Shown: positions 30,693-42,600 of the stretch, piece by piece
How positions within the stretch are numbered: position 1 is the stretch's first letter
Layout of the letters: the number at the start of each line of letters is the position of its first letter
NCBI GenBank assembly: GCA_016432645.1
Contig: CP066698.1
Coordinates: 389,062 to 453,061, forward strand
Length of the DNA stretch: 64,000 nucleotides
Direction of reading: 5' to 3'
Source of the DNA: Candidatus Falkowbacteria bacterium
Lineage (GTDB): Bacteria > Patescibacteriota > Patescibacteriia > Patescibacteriales > UBA12465
The notes under the pieces: model-generated
Databases searched by the model: none
What the model was told of the DNA's origin: nothing
Seen by the model: the letters and a program-made list of their open reading frames with translations, nothing else
Made by a program: the position numbers and the translations under genes

Positions 30693-31253
30693 AATAAGCA
30701 GCGCCCAGGAAATTTCATTATAGTATTTAGATAGTAATTCTTTATTGGCGCCGATAAAATAACCTAAAGCCGTCAGAACGGCCACCCAAAGCAATGAGCC
30801 TAGGGTTGTATAAGCCACAAAGGGCCAGAAAGGCATTTTGGAAAATCCAGCCGGCAGCGAAACCAGCTGTCTGACAACTGGAATTAAACGCCCGATAAAA
30901 GTGGCTGCCACCGAGTTATCCAAAAAATATTTTTCCGAGCGTGCTAAATTTTCAGGACTAATTAATAAAAATTTAGCCAAGCGATGGCGGGCTAATTTAT
31001 AAATAAGCGGCCGTCCTAAAAAATAAGCAAAATAATAATTAAATATCGCCCCCACTACGCTTCCGATTACTCCCGCCAATACTATTAACCAGATATTAAG
31101 ATAGCCTTGGCTCGCTAAATAAGCGGCCGGCGGTACAATAATCTCCGAAGGCATTGGAATAAAAGAACTTTCAATTGCCATTAAAGCGCCAATGCCAAAA
31201 TAACCCATTCCCTGAGCAACACTTAATAAAAAATTGAAAAATCCAGTAAGCAT
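30630..31253 (-). CDS. DedA family membrane protein
   Basis: ESSFIPMPSE, FIGRLIPVVRQLVSLPAG. Confidence 0.92.
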   Translation of the reverse strand: MLTGFFNFLLSVAQGMGYFGIGALMAIESSFIPMPSEIIVPPAAYLASQGYLNIWLIVLAGVIGSVVGAIFNYYFAYFLGRPLIYKLARHRLAKFLLISPENLARSEKYFLDNSVAATFIGRLIPVVRQLVSLPAGFSKMPFWPFVAYTTLGSLLWVAVLTALGYFIGANKELLSKYYNEISWALLILGGLWIIWKIFKIVNKKNSV

Positions 31254-31280
31254 AATCTAAATATAGCATACCCGCCAACT

Positions 31281-32240
31281 ATGTCCAGCCAAGAAAAGAA
31301 AAAAATTATCTTCATGGGAACGCCGGAATTTTCCCTGCCCGGCCTAAGCGCTTTAATCCAAAGCGCTAATTTTGAAATTAGTGCGGTCTTCACGCAACCG
31401 GATAAGCCAGTTGGGCGCAAACAAATTTTAACGCCGCCGCCGGTCAAAACCACTGCCCTAAAATACGGCATTAAAATTTTCCAGCCGGAAAAAATAAAAT
31501 CGGAAATGGAAAATATAAAAAACTTGCAGCCGGATTTAATTGTAGTAATCGCCTACGGGAAAATCATCCCTCAAGAAATATTAGACATTCCTAAATATGG
31601 CTGCATTAATGTTCACGCTTCCCTGTTGCCCAAATATCGTGGCGCGGCCTGTCTTAACGCGCCAATTTTAAATGGCGACCAAGAAACCGGAGTGACAATT
31701 ATGAAAATGGAAGCCGGCTTAGATACTGGTCCGATTTTAAAACAAGCAATAATGAAATTAAGCGGACAGGAAACTTTAGCTGATGTTCATGACCGTCTGG
31801 CTGCTCTTGGAGCCGAACTTTTACCGGAGGTGCTTATGGAGTGGACAGCCGGAAAGATAAAGCCGCAAATTCAAGATGACTCTCAGGCTAGTTATATTAA
31901 AACTTTAGCGAAGGAAGATGGAAAAATTGACTGGGCTAAACCCGCTTTAGAAATTGAACGGCAAATTCGCGCTTATAACCCTTGGCCCGGGACTTTTTGT
32001 TATGATAAAAATAACAAAATAATAAAAATATTAGCGGCCGCTCGGCCTTTAAATGAGCAAAAAAACATTGATGAAAAAATAGCAACCGGCCAAGTTTCCT
32101 TGATAAACGGCCAATTGACAGTCGCTTGCGGACAAGGTAGTATAATTATATTAAAATTACAGGCTGAAGGCGGCAAGGCCTTACTGGCTAAAGATTTTTT
32201 AAGCGGCCACCAAGATTTTATCGGCCAAATATTAAAATAA
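31281..32240 (+). CDS. fmt: Methionyl-tRNA formyltransferase
   Basis: FMGTPEF, TQPDKPVGR, NVHASLLPKYRGA, GLDTGP, RAYNPWPG. Confidence 0.97.
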   Translation: MSSQEKKKIIFMGTPEFSLPGLSALIQSANFEISAVFTQPDKPVGRKQILTPPPVKTTALKYGIKIFQPEKIKSEMENIKNLQPDLIVVIAYGKIIPQEILDIPKYGCINVHASLLPKYRGAACLNAPILNGDQETGVTIMKMEAGLDTGPILKQAIMKLSGQETLADVHDRLAALGAELLPEVLMEWTAGKIKPQIQDDSQASYIKTLAKEDGKIDWAKPALEIERQIRAYNPWPGTFCYDKNNKIIKILAAARPLNEQKNIDEKIATGQVSLINGQLTVACGQGSIIILKLQAEGGKALLAKDFLSGHQDFIGQILK

Positions 32241-32257
32241 AAAATTTTAACATAGAC

Positions 32258-32329
32258 GGTCCCTTCGTCTAACGGTTAGGACGCCAGGTTCTCATCCTGG
32301 TAACAGGGGTTCGATTCCCCTAGGGACTA
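32258..32329 (+). tRNA. tRNA-Glu(CTC)
   Basis: GGTCCCTTCGTCTAACGGTTAGGACGCCAGGTTCTCATCCTGGTAACAGGGGTTCGATTCCCCTAGGGACTA. Confidence 0.95.
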
Positions 32330-32331
32330 CG

Positions 32332-32369
32332 TAAATAAAAGAACGAGTATTAACTCGTTCTTTTATTTA
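32332..32369 (+). terminator. Terminator after tRNA-Glu
   Basis: TAAATAAAAGAACGAGT-ATTA-ACTCGTTCTTTTATTTA perfect hairpin. Confidence 0.8.
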
Positions 32370-32383
32370 TGAAGCCGAAGGCT

Positions 32384-32547
32384 GGGGAATCGAACAAGTT
32401 GGAAGTGAGCAAGGACTGAGGTCGGAAGACCGAAGGACGAAGCGAACATCTGGCGATATGCCGGGGGCATATCGGACGCCAACTCAGGACAAGTGAACGA
32501 GCCGCATTATGACGGCGAGTGAGCGCGATAATTCCCCTAGGGAATAC
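32384..32547 (+). mobile_element. tRNA-3'-associated structured mini-element, copy 1 (tRNA-Glu)
   Basis: Begins with GGGGAATCGAAC, the inverted T-arm; ends with ATTCCCCTAGGGA, a 13-bp duplicate of tRNA 32314-32326; internal stems; homologous to 63289-63454. Confidence 0.7.
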
Positions 32548-32678
32548 ATATAAAAAAGAATATCTCGTAGAGGTGTTCTTTTTTATTAGTATGGGCAAAC
32601 TGAGGAAGCTAACAATTTTTAGGCATTGTCCAATCACTGAATTTATGGTATTTTAACTGTAGAAAGATAATAAAATTT

Positions 32679-33920
32679 ATGCCAACAATTCAACACTTTG
32701 TCAGTCAAATTAAACAATACGGCAACAAGCACAAAGCCTTGTATCTATTGTCCTTAATGATATTATTTTGGGCAACCTATGACGGAATAATCACTTTTAT
32801 TTCACCATTAATTATGACGGCGAGCGGGCTCTCGGGAACGCAAATGGGCATTATTATCGGCACCTCCTCAATCAGCGGCGCTTTTTTTGATTTTATCGCC
32901 TGCCGCATTTTTAAAAATTTATTTTTCAGAAGAATGTTCATAATAATGTTCATTCTCTGCTTCTTTTATCCGCTGATTCTCTTTAAGGCTAACAGTTTTT
33001 TAATTTATCTGATAGCCATGGCTATGTGGGGAATTTATTATGACCTTAAAAACTTTGCCGAATTTGATTTTGTCGCTCGCCATATAGAACCCAAAGAACA
33101 TACCTCCAGTTTTGGAATAATCCAAGTTTTTACATCCTTAGGATATTTAATCGCACCAATAATCGCCGGACTAGCTATCGGAGAAGCGGTCGATTGGAAA
33201 CCATTTTTAATTAGCTGGATATTCTTAGGGATCTCCATAATCTTTTTCATCTATTTAGTAATCCTAACCAAAAAATACAAAAATAAAACGAATAGCTCTA
33301 AAGATATACCAAAACAGGTCAGCTTTTTAAAGGAAATAAACCTGTGGGAAAAAATCGGCCGGACAATTTTACCGGTGCTAATTTTAACTCTGGTTCTTAA
33401 TTTTATTGATGCCTTTTTCTGGACTATCGGGCCATTATTAGCTGAGAGCTTTAGAGGCGCCCCGCAATTTTCCGGCTTCTTTATGACTGCCTATTCTCTG
33501 CCCATCCTCTTAGCTGGCTGGTTTGTCGGCTCCATAACCGCCAAGTATGGAAAAAAGAAAACTGCCTTTATCAGCTTACTCCTGGGATCTATATTATTAA
33601 GCACTCTATTTTTATTTAAAAATTTTTTACCAATAATCGGAGTGATTTTCTTATCTTCAGTTTTAATGTCTTTGGCCTGGCCGGCAATCAACGGGGCTTA
33701 CGCCGACTATATTCATGAGACCAAGCGTGCTGCCAAAGAAATTTCCGGGCTGCAAGACTTGTTCACTAATATCGGTTATATTATCGGACCGATATTTGCC
33801 GGGATTCTATTTGACGCGATTGGCGGGGCAGCCGCCTTCTCAATGCTGGGATTGTTTGGAGTAATAATTGCCATCGTCTTAATAACTATTACCCCCAAAC
33901 ATATTGATATTAAATTATAG
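32679..33920 (+). CDS. MFS transporter
   Basis: 12 TM segments in two halves; GSITAKYGKK motif-A-like loop. Confidence 0.85.
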   Translation: MPTIQHFVSQIKQYGNKHKALYLLSLMILFWATYDGIITFISPLIMTASGLSGTQMGIIIGTSSISGAFFDFIACRIFKNLFFRRMFIIMFILCFFYPLILFKANSFLIYLIAMAMWGIYYDLKNFAEFDFVARHIEPKEHTSSFGIIQVFTSLGYLIAPIIAGLAIGEAVDWKPFLISWIFLGISIIFFIYLVILTKKYKNKTNSSKDIPKQVSFLKEINLWEKIGRTILPVLILTLVLNFIDAFFWTIGPLLAESFRGAPQFSGFFMTAYSLPILLAGWFVGSITAKYGKKKTAFISLLLGSILLSTLFLFKNFLPIIGVIFLSSVLMSLAWPAINGAYADYIHETKRAAKEISGLQDLFTNIGYIIGPIFAGILFDAIGGAAAFSMLGLFGVIIAIVLITITPKHIDIKL

Positions 33921-33970
33921 CTTTTGGTAATTTTCTCATTTCGTCCTAATATTTTTTAAAACTACAAAGC

Positions 33971-34003
33971 AAAAAGGGCCGGAAAAAATCCAGCCCTTTT
34001 TTT
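33971..34003. terminator. Bidirectional terminator
   Basis: AAAAAGGGCCGGA...TCCAGCCCTTTTTT. Confidence 0.65.
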
Positions 34004-34019
34004 ATTTTTTATCTTAATT

Positions 34020-35810
34020 TTATTTAAACCATTTATCAACTTGGTCCAAACCATCTTCAATCGCCTTTTTAATTCTCTTCTCCTCCCTGGTCAACATACG
34101 GCGATGGCGAATATTGTGGATTAAGCTTAAATTATTTTCCAAAATATTTTTTACAAAAGATAATATTTTAGCGTTATTTCGTTTAATCGTCGTCAGACCG
34201 GTTTTTCGCTTAACCGGAAGCTTGGAAAAATTCTTACCGAGATAAAAAGCAGCTGAAATTAATATCAAAACAATTAATGCCAATAGACCGAATAGATTTA
34301 GGGTTTTGAAAGTTGAAGAGCCAACGGCAGTTATTAATTTTGGAGTGGCCTCGAGCTGTAAATGCTGGGAAGCGGCTGCGCTATCTCCAGAACCGATTTC
34401 CGACCAAATTTCATAATTGCCAGCCTTTAGATTTGGTATCAGAGCAAAGAAATTTTTCTCATAGTTTGACCGGGTTTTAAATACCATTAATTCTCCATTT
34501 TCTTTTTTAACATTAATGGTCACCTCAATATCCGGTTCTTGAGTGCTTCCTTGAATAATTAATTTGTCATCAGCAGAAATTAACTCTGGCAATGGACTAA
34601 TCTGAGGAGCAATTAATTCCGGTACAGACGGCGAAATCACCGGCTCCAGCGGCGGAACAGAAACGCCGCTAGAATAAAAACTGCCTAGAGCTTCAACGCT
34701 GTTACCAGCTTTATCAAAAGCAATCAATTTAATATTATTCTCGCCTAGCGCATACAAATCAAGGCTATGCTGGCCGCCAATAAAATCTGGGGCGGGAATA
34801 TTTTTAATCAGACTATCATTAACATATAACTCGTAGTGATCAAGCCCGGAACCAGTGTCTGAAATATCGGCAACGATACTTAAGCGTTTGTTATTATCAT
34901 CGTAATTAAATTCAACATTTCTTTTCTCGGGTGCCAGCGAGTCTATTTGGACGACATAAGTAGCAATCGGCCCCCAAGTCTTATCTTCACGCGCCCTCAC
35001 CTTAAAATACCAAATACCATCATCTAAATTTTGAACTGCTTTTCGGCTGATTGCCGGCGCATAAATAACGCTGGGACTAAAAGCATTATTATTGTTAATC
35101 CCCGTTTGAACAGCATTAATATTTTTTGGTAAATTCCATTGGAAAACCGGATTTGAATCTTTGTACCATTGATCGCGATTGGGGTGAGTTAGAGAGCTAA
35201 TTTGCAAGCTAGTACTTTGAGCGGTGGCTGTCGGTTCTGCAGGAGCATCATTTATCGGCTCAGGGGTGGTCGGCTTAGCCGGAGTTTCTTTAACTGGTTC
35301 TTCTTTAGCGGCCACGACTATAATATTGCCATAACTGCCTCGTAAAACATCTGTCCCTAAACCATCATTGGCGCGAACCGCGGCACCGGAAAAAGAAAAT
35401 TCGGCTTGGCCGCTTTTTTTAGCTTTCGCCACGATAGAAATAATGGAACCGCGCGCGCCAGTAAATCCCGGAGTTGGAGAACCGCCGTTAAAACTAATGG
35501 CGCCAGCTGAATTAGAAAAAGAGGGCTCTTCAACCCAAAGAGAAAATATGGAACCGCCCTTGCTGATAGAAATTATATCAAATAAATCCGAGGGAAATTT
35601 TATAGTAGCTTCCGCATTATTTACCGCCACGCCATCAGAATTCAAGATTACATATAAAGTCACCGTTTCTCCAACAGAAACATTGGTTGAATTGGCGCTT
35701 AAAGACATCGTGGCCGCACTAACCCCTGAGCAACCAATAAAAAATAGGCTAACCACCAGCGCCGCAAAATAATAAGTTAATTTATTTTTTAATATTTTTT
35801 TTATAAACAT
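34020..35810 (-). CDS. Cohesin-domain surface protein with Ig-like stalk and C-terminal TM anchor
   Basis: Signal peptide; VSVGETVTLYVILNS...AEATIKFP..LFDII...GAISFNGG cohesin pattern; TM near C-terminus; probable start MFIKK at 35810. Confidence 0.75.
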   Translation of the reverse strand: MFIKKILKNKLTYYFAALVVSLFFIGCSGVSAATMSLSANSTNVSVGETVTLYVILNSDGVAVNNAEATIKFPSDLFDIISISKGGSIFSLWVEEPSFSNSAGAISFNGGSPTPGFTGARGSIISIVAKAKKSGQAEFSFSGAAVRANDGLGTDVLRGSYGNIIVVAAKEEPVKETPAKPTTPEPINDAPAEPTATAQSTSLQISSLTHPNRDQWYKDSNPVFQWNLPKNINAVQTGINNNNAFSPSVIYAPAISRKAVQNLDDGIWYFKVRAREDKTWGPIATYVVQIDSLAPEKRNVEFNYDDNNKRLSIVADISDTGSGLDHYELYVNDSLIKNIPAPDFIGGQHSLDLYALGENNIKLIAFDKAGNSVEALGSFYSSGVSVPPLEPVISPSVPELIAPQISPLPELISADDKLIIQGSTQEPDIEVTINVKKENGELMVFKTRSNYEKNFFALIPNLKAGNYEIWSEIGSGDSAAASQHLQLEATPKLITAVGSSTFKTLNLFGLLALIVLILISAAFYLGKNFSKLPVKRKTGLTTIKRNNAKILSFVKNILENNLSLIHNIRHRRMLTREEKRIKKAIEDGLDQVDKWFK

Positions 35811-36651
35811 ACCAGAAACTAAAACCAAAAAGAATAATGATGACTAATATAATTGTAACATTTTTTGCTTGATTAAATCTAGCCGGAATTTCAATTGTTT
35901 GGCTATTTCCAGCCTGGTCGTAGGCAGTGACGGTAACCGGCGTCTTTCGATTTTGATCTTTAAAGACATAAACCCCATCAGTTACTTCGGTTATTACTTC
36001 GCCTTCTTTAACCTCATAACGATTGACTCCGGAAATATCATCAGTGGCATTTAAACTAATAAACTGCTGGCCGGCATAAGTATTGGGGTCTTGCCCAGTT
36101 TCCACGCTGACAAAAGTTGGCGGCGTAGTATCCGCTGACGGAACAATGGCTGTTTCGGAAGCTTGTTTATCCAAATTAACAGTAATTGAACGGGCGAAAA
36201 TGTTTTCCTGAGTTCCCTGCCCATCATTTAAATAAGCCATGCCGCCGCTCCACAAAACTGAAATACTGCTTGAAGCCGTTGAGGCGAGGCGCAGGCGAAA
36301 TAATAATCCGGTCTGATCAAAGCCTTGCGGCACGCCGCCGGCAAAACGGACCGTCTGGCTGCCAGCGGAATAAGTAGGCGGGGTTGGCCATAATTTTAAA
36401 ACTGAGCCCCCGGTCTCCGTCCCAACTGACAACCCGCTAATATCCGTCCCTTGAAAACTAATTATTCCTTCCACTACATTTACTTTCTTAGACTGCGGGT
36501 CCAAATAAACCTCCACCAGGGTTGCGCCGCCATCAATTGTATTTGGCGCTAATTTAAAGATTAATTGGGCGGCTAAAATAACTTGGGGCTGCAATAAAAC
36601 AAACAAACCGAATATTCCAGCGCTAAAATATAAAAATAATTTTTTATTCAT
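35782..36651 (-). CDS. Second cohesin-like surface protein with C-terminal TM anchor
   Basis: Signal peptide; VEVYLD...VNVVEGIISF...LW..PP...VRFAGGVPQGF parallels the neighbour; DTTPP Ig domain; C-terminal TM followed by KKNIKK. Confidence 0.7.
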   Translation of the reverse strand: MNKKLFLYFSAGIFGLFVLLQPQVILAAQLIFKLAPNTIDGGATLVEVYLDPQSKKVNVVEGIISFQGTDISGLSVGTETGGSVLKLWPTPPTYSAGSQTVRFAGGVPQGFDQTGLLFRLRLASTASSSISVLWSGGMAYLNDGQGTQENIFARSITVNLDKQASETAIVPSADTTPPTFVSVETGQDPNTYAGQQFISLNATDDISGVNRYEVKEGEVITEVTDGVYVFKDQNRKTPVTVTAYDQAGNSQTIEIPARFNQAKNVTIILVIIILFGFSFWYVYKKNIKK

Positions 36652-36653
36652 AA

Positions 36654-39600
36654 TTATTGCTTAAGTTTAATTGGCGCCTTCCCCCATTGATAAAGGAGAA
36701 TAGAAAAATCTACTGAGTTAACCTGCTTGTCGTTATTAATATCAACGCAGACATTTTTAAACGGAGCGGTAGTTTTCCAGAAGGCCAGCATAATTGAGAA
36801 ATCAACTGAATTCACTTTTCCGTCATGATTAAAATCGGCACCGATACAAGTCGTTTCCGGAGTTTCAACAACTGGAGGCAAAACTGGGACTGCCCCGCCG
36901 CCACCGCCGCCACCGCCGCCGCTAGGAGGTACCACTACTGTTTCTGAGACAACGGTAAATGACTGCATAGCTCTTGAGGAGTCGGAGCCAAATTGAACAT
37001 TCAAATGGAACCAATAATTGCCGGCGGCTGAAATAATAGAATTTAAAGTAGTATCAAAATTAGCATGAGGATTAATTAAAATCGCGGCTGTTGAGCTAAA
37101 AATATCATCGCCGCCACCACACAGATTAGTGTCAGAATTAGTAACGCACCAATTGTATTGATATTCGTAAGCGGTTGAGCTGTCATTAGTTATTCTGATG
37201 GCCGTCGCAATGCTCGGCGAGGTTAAATCACTAAAGCTCTGAATCAATACTTGAGCCGGAGAGCCTGGCGTTCCGCTCACTGCAGTGGAAGCCGCTCCGC
37301 GGCCAACAATATTTTTAGCGGAAACACGGAAATCGTAAGAATTATCATTCGCTAAGCTGGTTACTGTGGTCGCGGGAGTTGTGCTAATTCCATCGTTAAA
37401 TATTGACCAAACGCCGCCGCTAGTTAATTTATATTCAACCACATAGTCAGTGATGGAAGAGCCGCCATCAAATACCGGCGCTGACCAGGAAAGATCAACG
37501 CTACTATTTTGAATTATGACCGCCAAGTTAGTCGGAGCATTAGGAATACTGGCCGGAGTAATTGAATTACTAGTTCCTGATGGCGAACCAGTACCAACCG
37601 CATTGGTCGCGGTAACGGTAAAGGTATAAGTTGTACCATTTGTTAACCCGTTTATAGTTAAAAATGGAGAGCTGCTAGTAGCCACGAACCCGCCGACATT
37701 AGAGGAGACCGTATAATTAGTAATGACTGAACCGCCATTATCCGCTGGCGCTGACCAGGAAAGGCTAGCGCTGCCATCGCCGATAGTAGCTGCTAAATTA
37801 GTCGGGGCGCCAGGTACAGTCGCTGGAGTTGCGCTATTAGCACCCCCAATTGAACTTGGGCCGACTCCGATAGCATTAGTCGCCGTGACTGTAAAAGTAT
37901 AAGTTACGCCGTTTGTTAAACCAGTGATAGTAATCGGAGATGAGCCGCCAGTAGCGGTGTGTCCGGCGCTTGAGGTAACCGTATAACTAGTGATGGCAGA
38001 ACCGCCATTGTTAACTGGGGCGTCAAAAGTTATTGTAGCTTCCCCGTTGCCTCTTATGGCCGTTACATTTGTTGGAGCATCCGGGACGTTGGCCGGAGTA
38101 ATTGAATTACTAGTTCCTGATAAAGAACTGGTTCCAATTTCATTAGTTGCAGTCACGGTAAAAGTATAAGTTGTACCGTTGGTTAGGCCGGTGATAGTGA
38201 TCGGAGAAGAACCGCCGGTAGCCGTAAAGCCACCAACATTGGAAGTGACAGTATAACTAGTGATGACGGAACCACCGTTATTAACTGGGGGCGTAAAAGT
38301 AATTGTGGCCTCCCCGTTGCCTCTTACGGCTGTTACATTTGTTGGAGCATCTGGGACGTTGGCCGGAGTAGCCGAATTACTAGTGCCTGACGGCGTGCTA
38401 GTACCGATAGCATTGGTCGCGGTCACGGTAAAAGTATAAGTTGTGCCGTTAGTTAAGCCGGTGATAGTGATCGGAGAAGAACCGCCGGTAGCACTAAAGC
38501 CGCCGATATTAGAAGTAACGGTATAACTAGTAATGGCAGAACCGCCGTTATTAATTGGGGCATCAAAAGTTATAGTCGCTTCTCCGTTACCTCTGGTCAC
38601 AACCACGTTAGTAGGAGCATCCGGAACATTAGCCGCCACAATTGGACTGCTAACAGTTGACGGCGTGCTAGTACCGATAGCATTGGTCGCGGTCACGGTA
38701 AAAGTATAAGTTGTGCCGTTAGTTAAGCCAGTGATAGTAATCGGAGAGGAACCGCCGGTAGCACTAAAGACGCCGATATTAGAAGTAACGGTATAACTAG
38801 TGATGGGAGAACCTCCATTATTAACTGGTGGGCTGAAAGTAATTGTGGCCTCGCCATTACCCCGAGTCACAATAACATTGGTTGGGGCATCTGGGGCTGT
38901 AGCTGGAGTAACTGAATTGCTTGTAGCCGATGAAGCGCTGGTTCCAATCGCGTTAGTTGCCGTGACCGTGAAAGTATAAGTTGTACCATTTATTAGACCA
39001 GTAATAGTAATTGGAGACGAACCGCCGGTAGCCGTAAAGCCGCCGACATTGGAAGCGACAGTATAACTAGTGATGGAGGAACCACCGTTATTAACTGGGG
39101 ATGTAAAAGTAATTGTGGCTTCCCCGTTGCCCTGAACGGCAACCACATTAGTCGGTGCATCTGGAACATTTGCTGGAACAATAGAGTTGCTAGTGCCTGA
39201 TGGCGTACTAGTGCCGATGGCATTGGTCGCGGTCACGGTAAAAGTATAAGTTGTGCCGTTAGTTAGGCCGGTGATAGTGATCGGAGAAGAGCCGCCGGTA
39301 GCACTAAAGCCGCCGACATTGGAAGTGACAGTATAACTAGTGATGGGAGAACCACCATTATTAACTGGGGGCGTAAAAGTTATGGTAGCCTCACCATTAC
39401 CTCTGGTAGCTACAACATTGGTTGGCGCATCTGGAGTGGTAGCAGGAGTTATTTCAGCTGAAGTTCCTGACGACAAGCTATTACCAATCGCGTTAGTTGC
39501 TATAACTGTGAAAGTATATCTGGTGCCGTTTGTTAAACCGGTGATGGTAATTGGGGAGTCGGCACTAGTTGCACTGAAACCGCCAACATTAGAAGTCACG

Positions 39601-42600
39601 GTGTAACTAATAATACTTGAACCGCCATTGGAAGCTGAAGCTGTAAAACTAATTGTGGCCTCGCCATTGCCACGAGTCACAACGACATTAGTCGGCGCAT
39701 CTGGGACTGTGGCCGGAGTAACCGAGTTGCTGGTTCCTGACGGGACGCTAGATCCAACTGCATTGTTGGCTGTGACTGTAAAAGTATACGTTGTGCCATT
39801 TGCTAGACCGGTGATAGTAATCGGAGAGGAACCGCCGCTCGCAGTTTGGCCGCCGCTAGAAGTGACAGTGTAATTAATAATTGCTGAACCGCCGTTGTTA
39901 ACTGGGGGCGTAAAGGTTATAGTTGCTTCACCATTTCCACGAGTGGCAACGACATTAGTCGGCGCATCTGGGGTGGTGGCAGGAGTAACAGAGTTGCTAG
40001 TAGCTGATGAAGCGCTAGTTCCAATCGCATTAGTCGCAGTCACGGTAAAAGTATAACTAGTTCCGTTTGTTAAGCCGGTGATGGTAATCGGAGAGGAACC
40101 GCCGCTCGCAGTTTGGCCGCCGCTAGAAGTGACAGTGTAATTAATAATTGCTGAACCGCCGTTGTTAACTGGGGGCGTAAAGGTTATAGTTGCTTCACCA
40201 TTTCCACGAGTGGCAACAACATTAGTCGGTGCATCTGGGGTGGTGGCAGGAGTAACGGAATTACTAACGCTTGATTGTACGCTAGTCCCAATCGCATTTG
40301 TCGCTGTAACCGTAAAAGTATAAGTCGTACCATTTGTTAAACCGGTAATGGTGATTGGGGAGCCAGCGCTAGTAGCGCTAAAACCACCGACATTAGAAGT
40401 GGCGGTGTAAATAGTAATTACTGAACCGCCATTATTAATTGGGGCGTCAAAAGTTATGGTAGCTTCCCCATCATTTCTAACAGCTATTACATTTGTCGGC
40501 GCGTCTGGAACTGTCGCCGGAATGACTGTACTACTAACACTTGATTGTACACTAGTTCCAATAGAATTTGTTGCTGTAACGGTGAAAGTATAAATTGTGC
40601 CATTTGTTAAACCAGTAACAGTGATTGGTGAACTCGCCCCACTGACGCTAAAGCCGCCAACATTGGAGGTAACAGTATAGCTAGTGATGGCGGAACCGCC
40701 GTTGTTAACTGGTGGACTGAAAGTAATTGTGGCCTCACCATTACCCCGAGTCACGACTACGTTAGTAGGAGCATCTGGAACTGTAGCTGGAGTAACTGAA
40801 TTACTTGTGGCCGATGAAGCACTAGTTCCAATCGCGTTAGTTGCCGTGACCGTGAAAGTATAAGTTGTGCCGTTAGTTAAGCCGGTGATAGTAATTGGGG
40901 ACGAACCGCCGGTGGCGGTGTGTCCGTCGTTTGAGGTAACCGTATAACTAGTAATTATAGAACCGCCGCTGGAGACCGGAGCCGTAAAACTAATTGTCGC
41001 TTCACCATTACCCCTCGTCGCAGTTATATTTGTTGGAGCATCTGGAACTGTAGCTGGAGTAATTGAATTACTTGTGGCCGATGAAGCACTAGCCCCAATC
41101 GCATTAGTCGCGGTCACGGTAAAAGTATAACTAGTTCCGTTTGTTAGGCCAGTGATGGTAATTGGAGACGAACCGCCGCTCGCAGTTTGTCCACCGCTAG
41201 AAGTAACTGTGTAACTAATAACTGCTGAACCACCGTTATTAACTGGGACGTCAAAAGTTATAGTGGCTTCACTATTACCTCTGGTAGCTAAAACATTAGT
41301 CGGTGCATCCGGGGCGGTGGCAGGAGTAACAGAGTTGCTAGTAGCTGATGAAGCGCTAGTTCCAATCACATTAGTCGCAGTCACGGTAAAAGTATAACTA
41401 GTTCCGTTTGTTAAGCCGGTGATGGTAATCGGAGAGGAACCGCCGCTCGCAGTTTGGCCGCCGCTAGAAGTGACGGTGTAATTAATAATTGCTGAACCGC
41501 CGTTGTTAACTGGGGCTGTAAAAGTAATTGTCGCTTCGCCATTGCCTCTGGTTGCTAAGATACTTGTTGGCGCATCTGGAACACTGGAAGGAGTGATTGA
41601 ATTACTGGTTCCTGACGGCGTGCTAGTTCCAATGGCATTTGTAGCAGTGACTACAAAAGTATAATTTATACCGTTAGTTAAACCGGTGATAGTAATCGGA
41701 GAACCAGCACTAGTAGCACTGAAACCGCCGACATTAGAAGTGGCAGTGTAACTAGTAATTGCTGAACCACCGTTATTAACTGGAGCGTCAAAAGTTATTG
41801 TAGCTTCGCCATCATTTCTAACAGCTACTACATTTGTCGGCGCGTCCGGAACCGTGGCCGGAGTAATAGAATTACTAGTAGCTGACGGCGTGCTAGTACC
41901 AATAGCATTAGTCGCCGTGACTGTAAAAGTATAAGTTACGCCATTTGTTAAACCGCTAATACTAATTGGCGAAGAACCGCCAGTAGCTGTATGCCCGCCA
42001 TTTGAAGTAACTGTATAACTAATAATATTTGAACCGCCGTTGTTAACTGGTGGCGTAAAAGTAATTGTCGCTTCGCCATTTCCTCTGGTGGCAACTACAT
42101 TGGTAGGAACATCAGGAACTGTGGCCGGGGTAACCGAGTTACTAGTTCCTGATAGCGTACTAGTGCCGATAGCATTAGTTGCGGTCACGGTAAAAGTATA
42201 ACTAGTTCCATTTGTTAGACCAGTTATGGTAATTGGTGAGCTTGCGCCACTCGCAGTTTGGCCGCCACTAGAAGTTACTGTGTAACTAGTGATAGCGGAG
42301 CCGCCGTTGTTAACCGGGGGTGTAAAGGTTATAGTTGCTTCGCCATTTCCTCTCGTGGCAATTACATTGGTAGGAGCATCAGGAACTGTGGCCGGGGTAA
42401 CCGAGTTACTAGTTCCTGACGGGGCGCTAGACCCAACTGCATTGTTGGCGGTGACTGTAAAAGTATAACTTAAACCGTTAGTTAAACCAATGAAAGTAAC
42501 TGGTGAGGAGCCGCTAACAACTGTCTGGCCGCCGACACTAGAAGTAACTGTATAACTAATAATATTTGAACCGCCATTATTAACCGGCGGAGTAAAAGTA

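Noticed and set aside
32350..32637. 95-aa ORF, and the ORFs at 63280-63539
   Set aside because: They run through the GC-rich structured elements; no coding signals and no shared protein sequence between the two homologous copies
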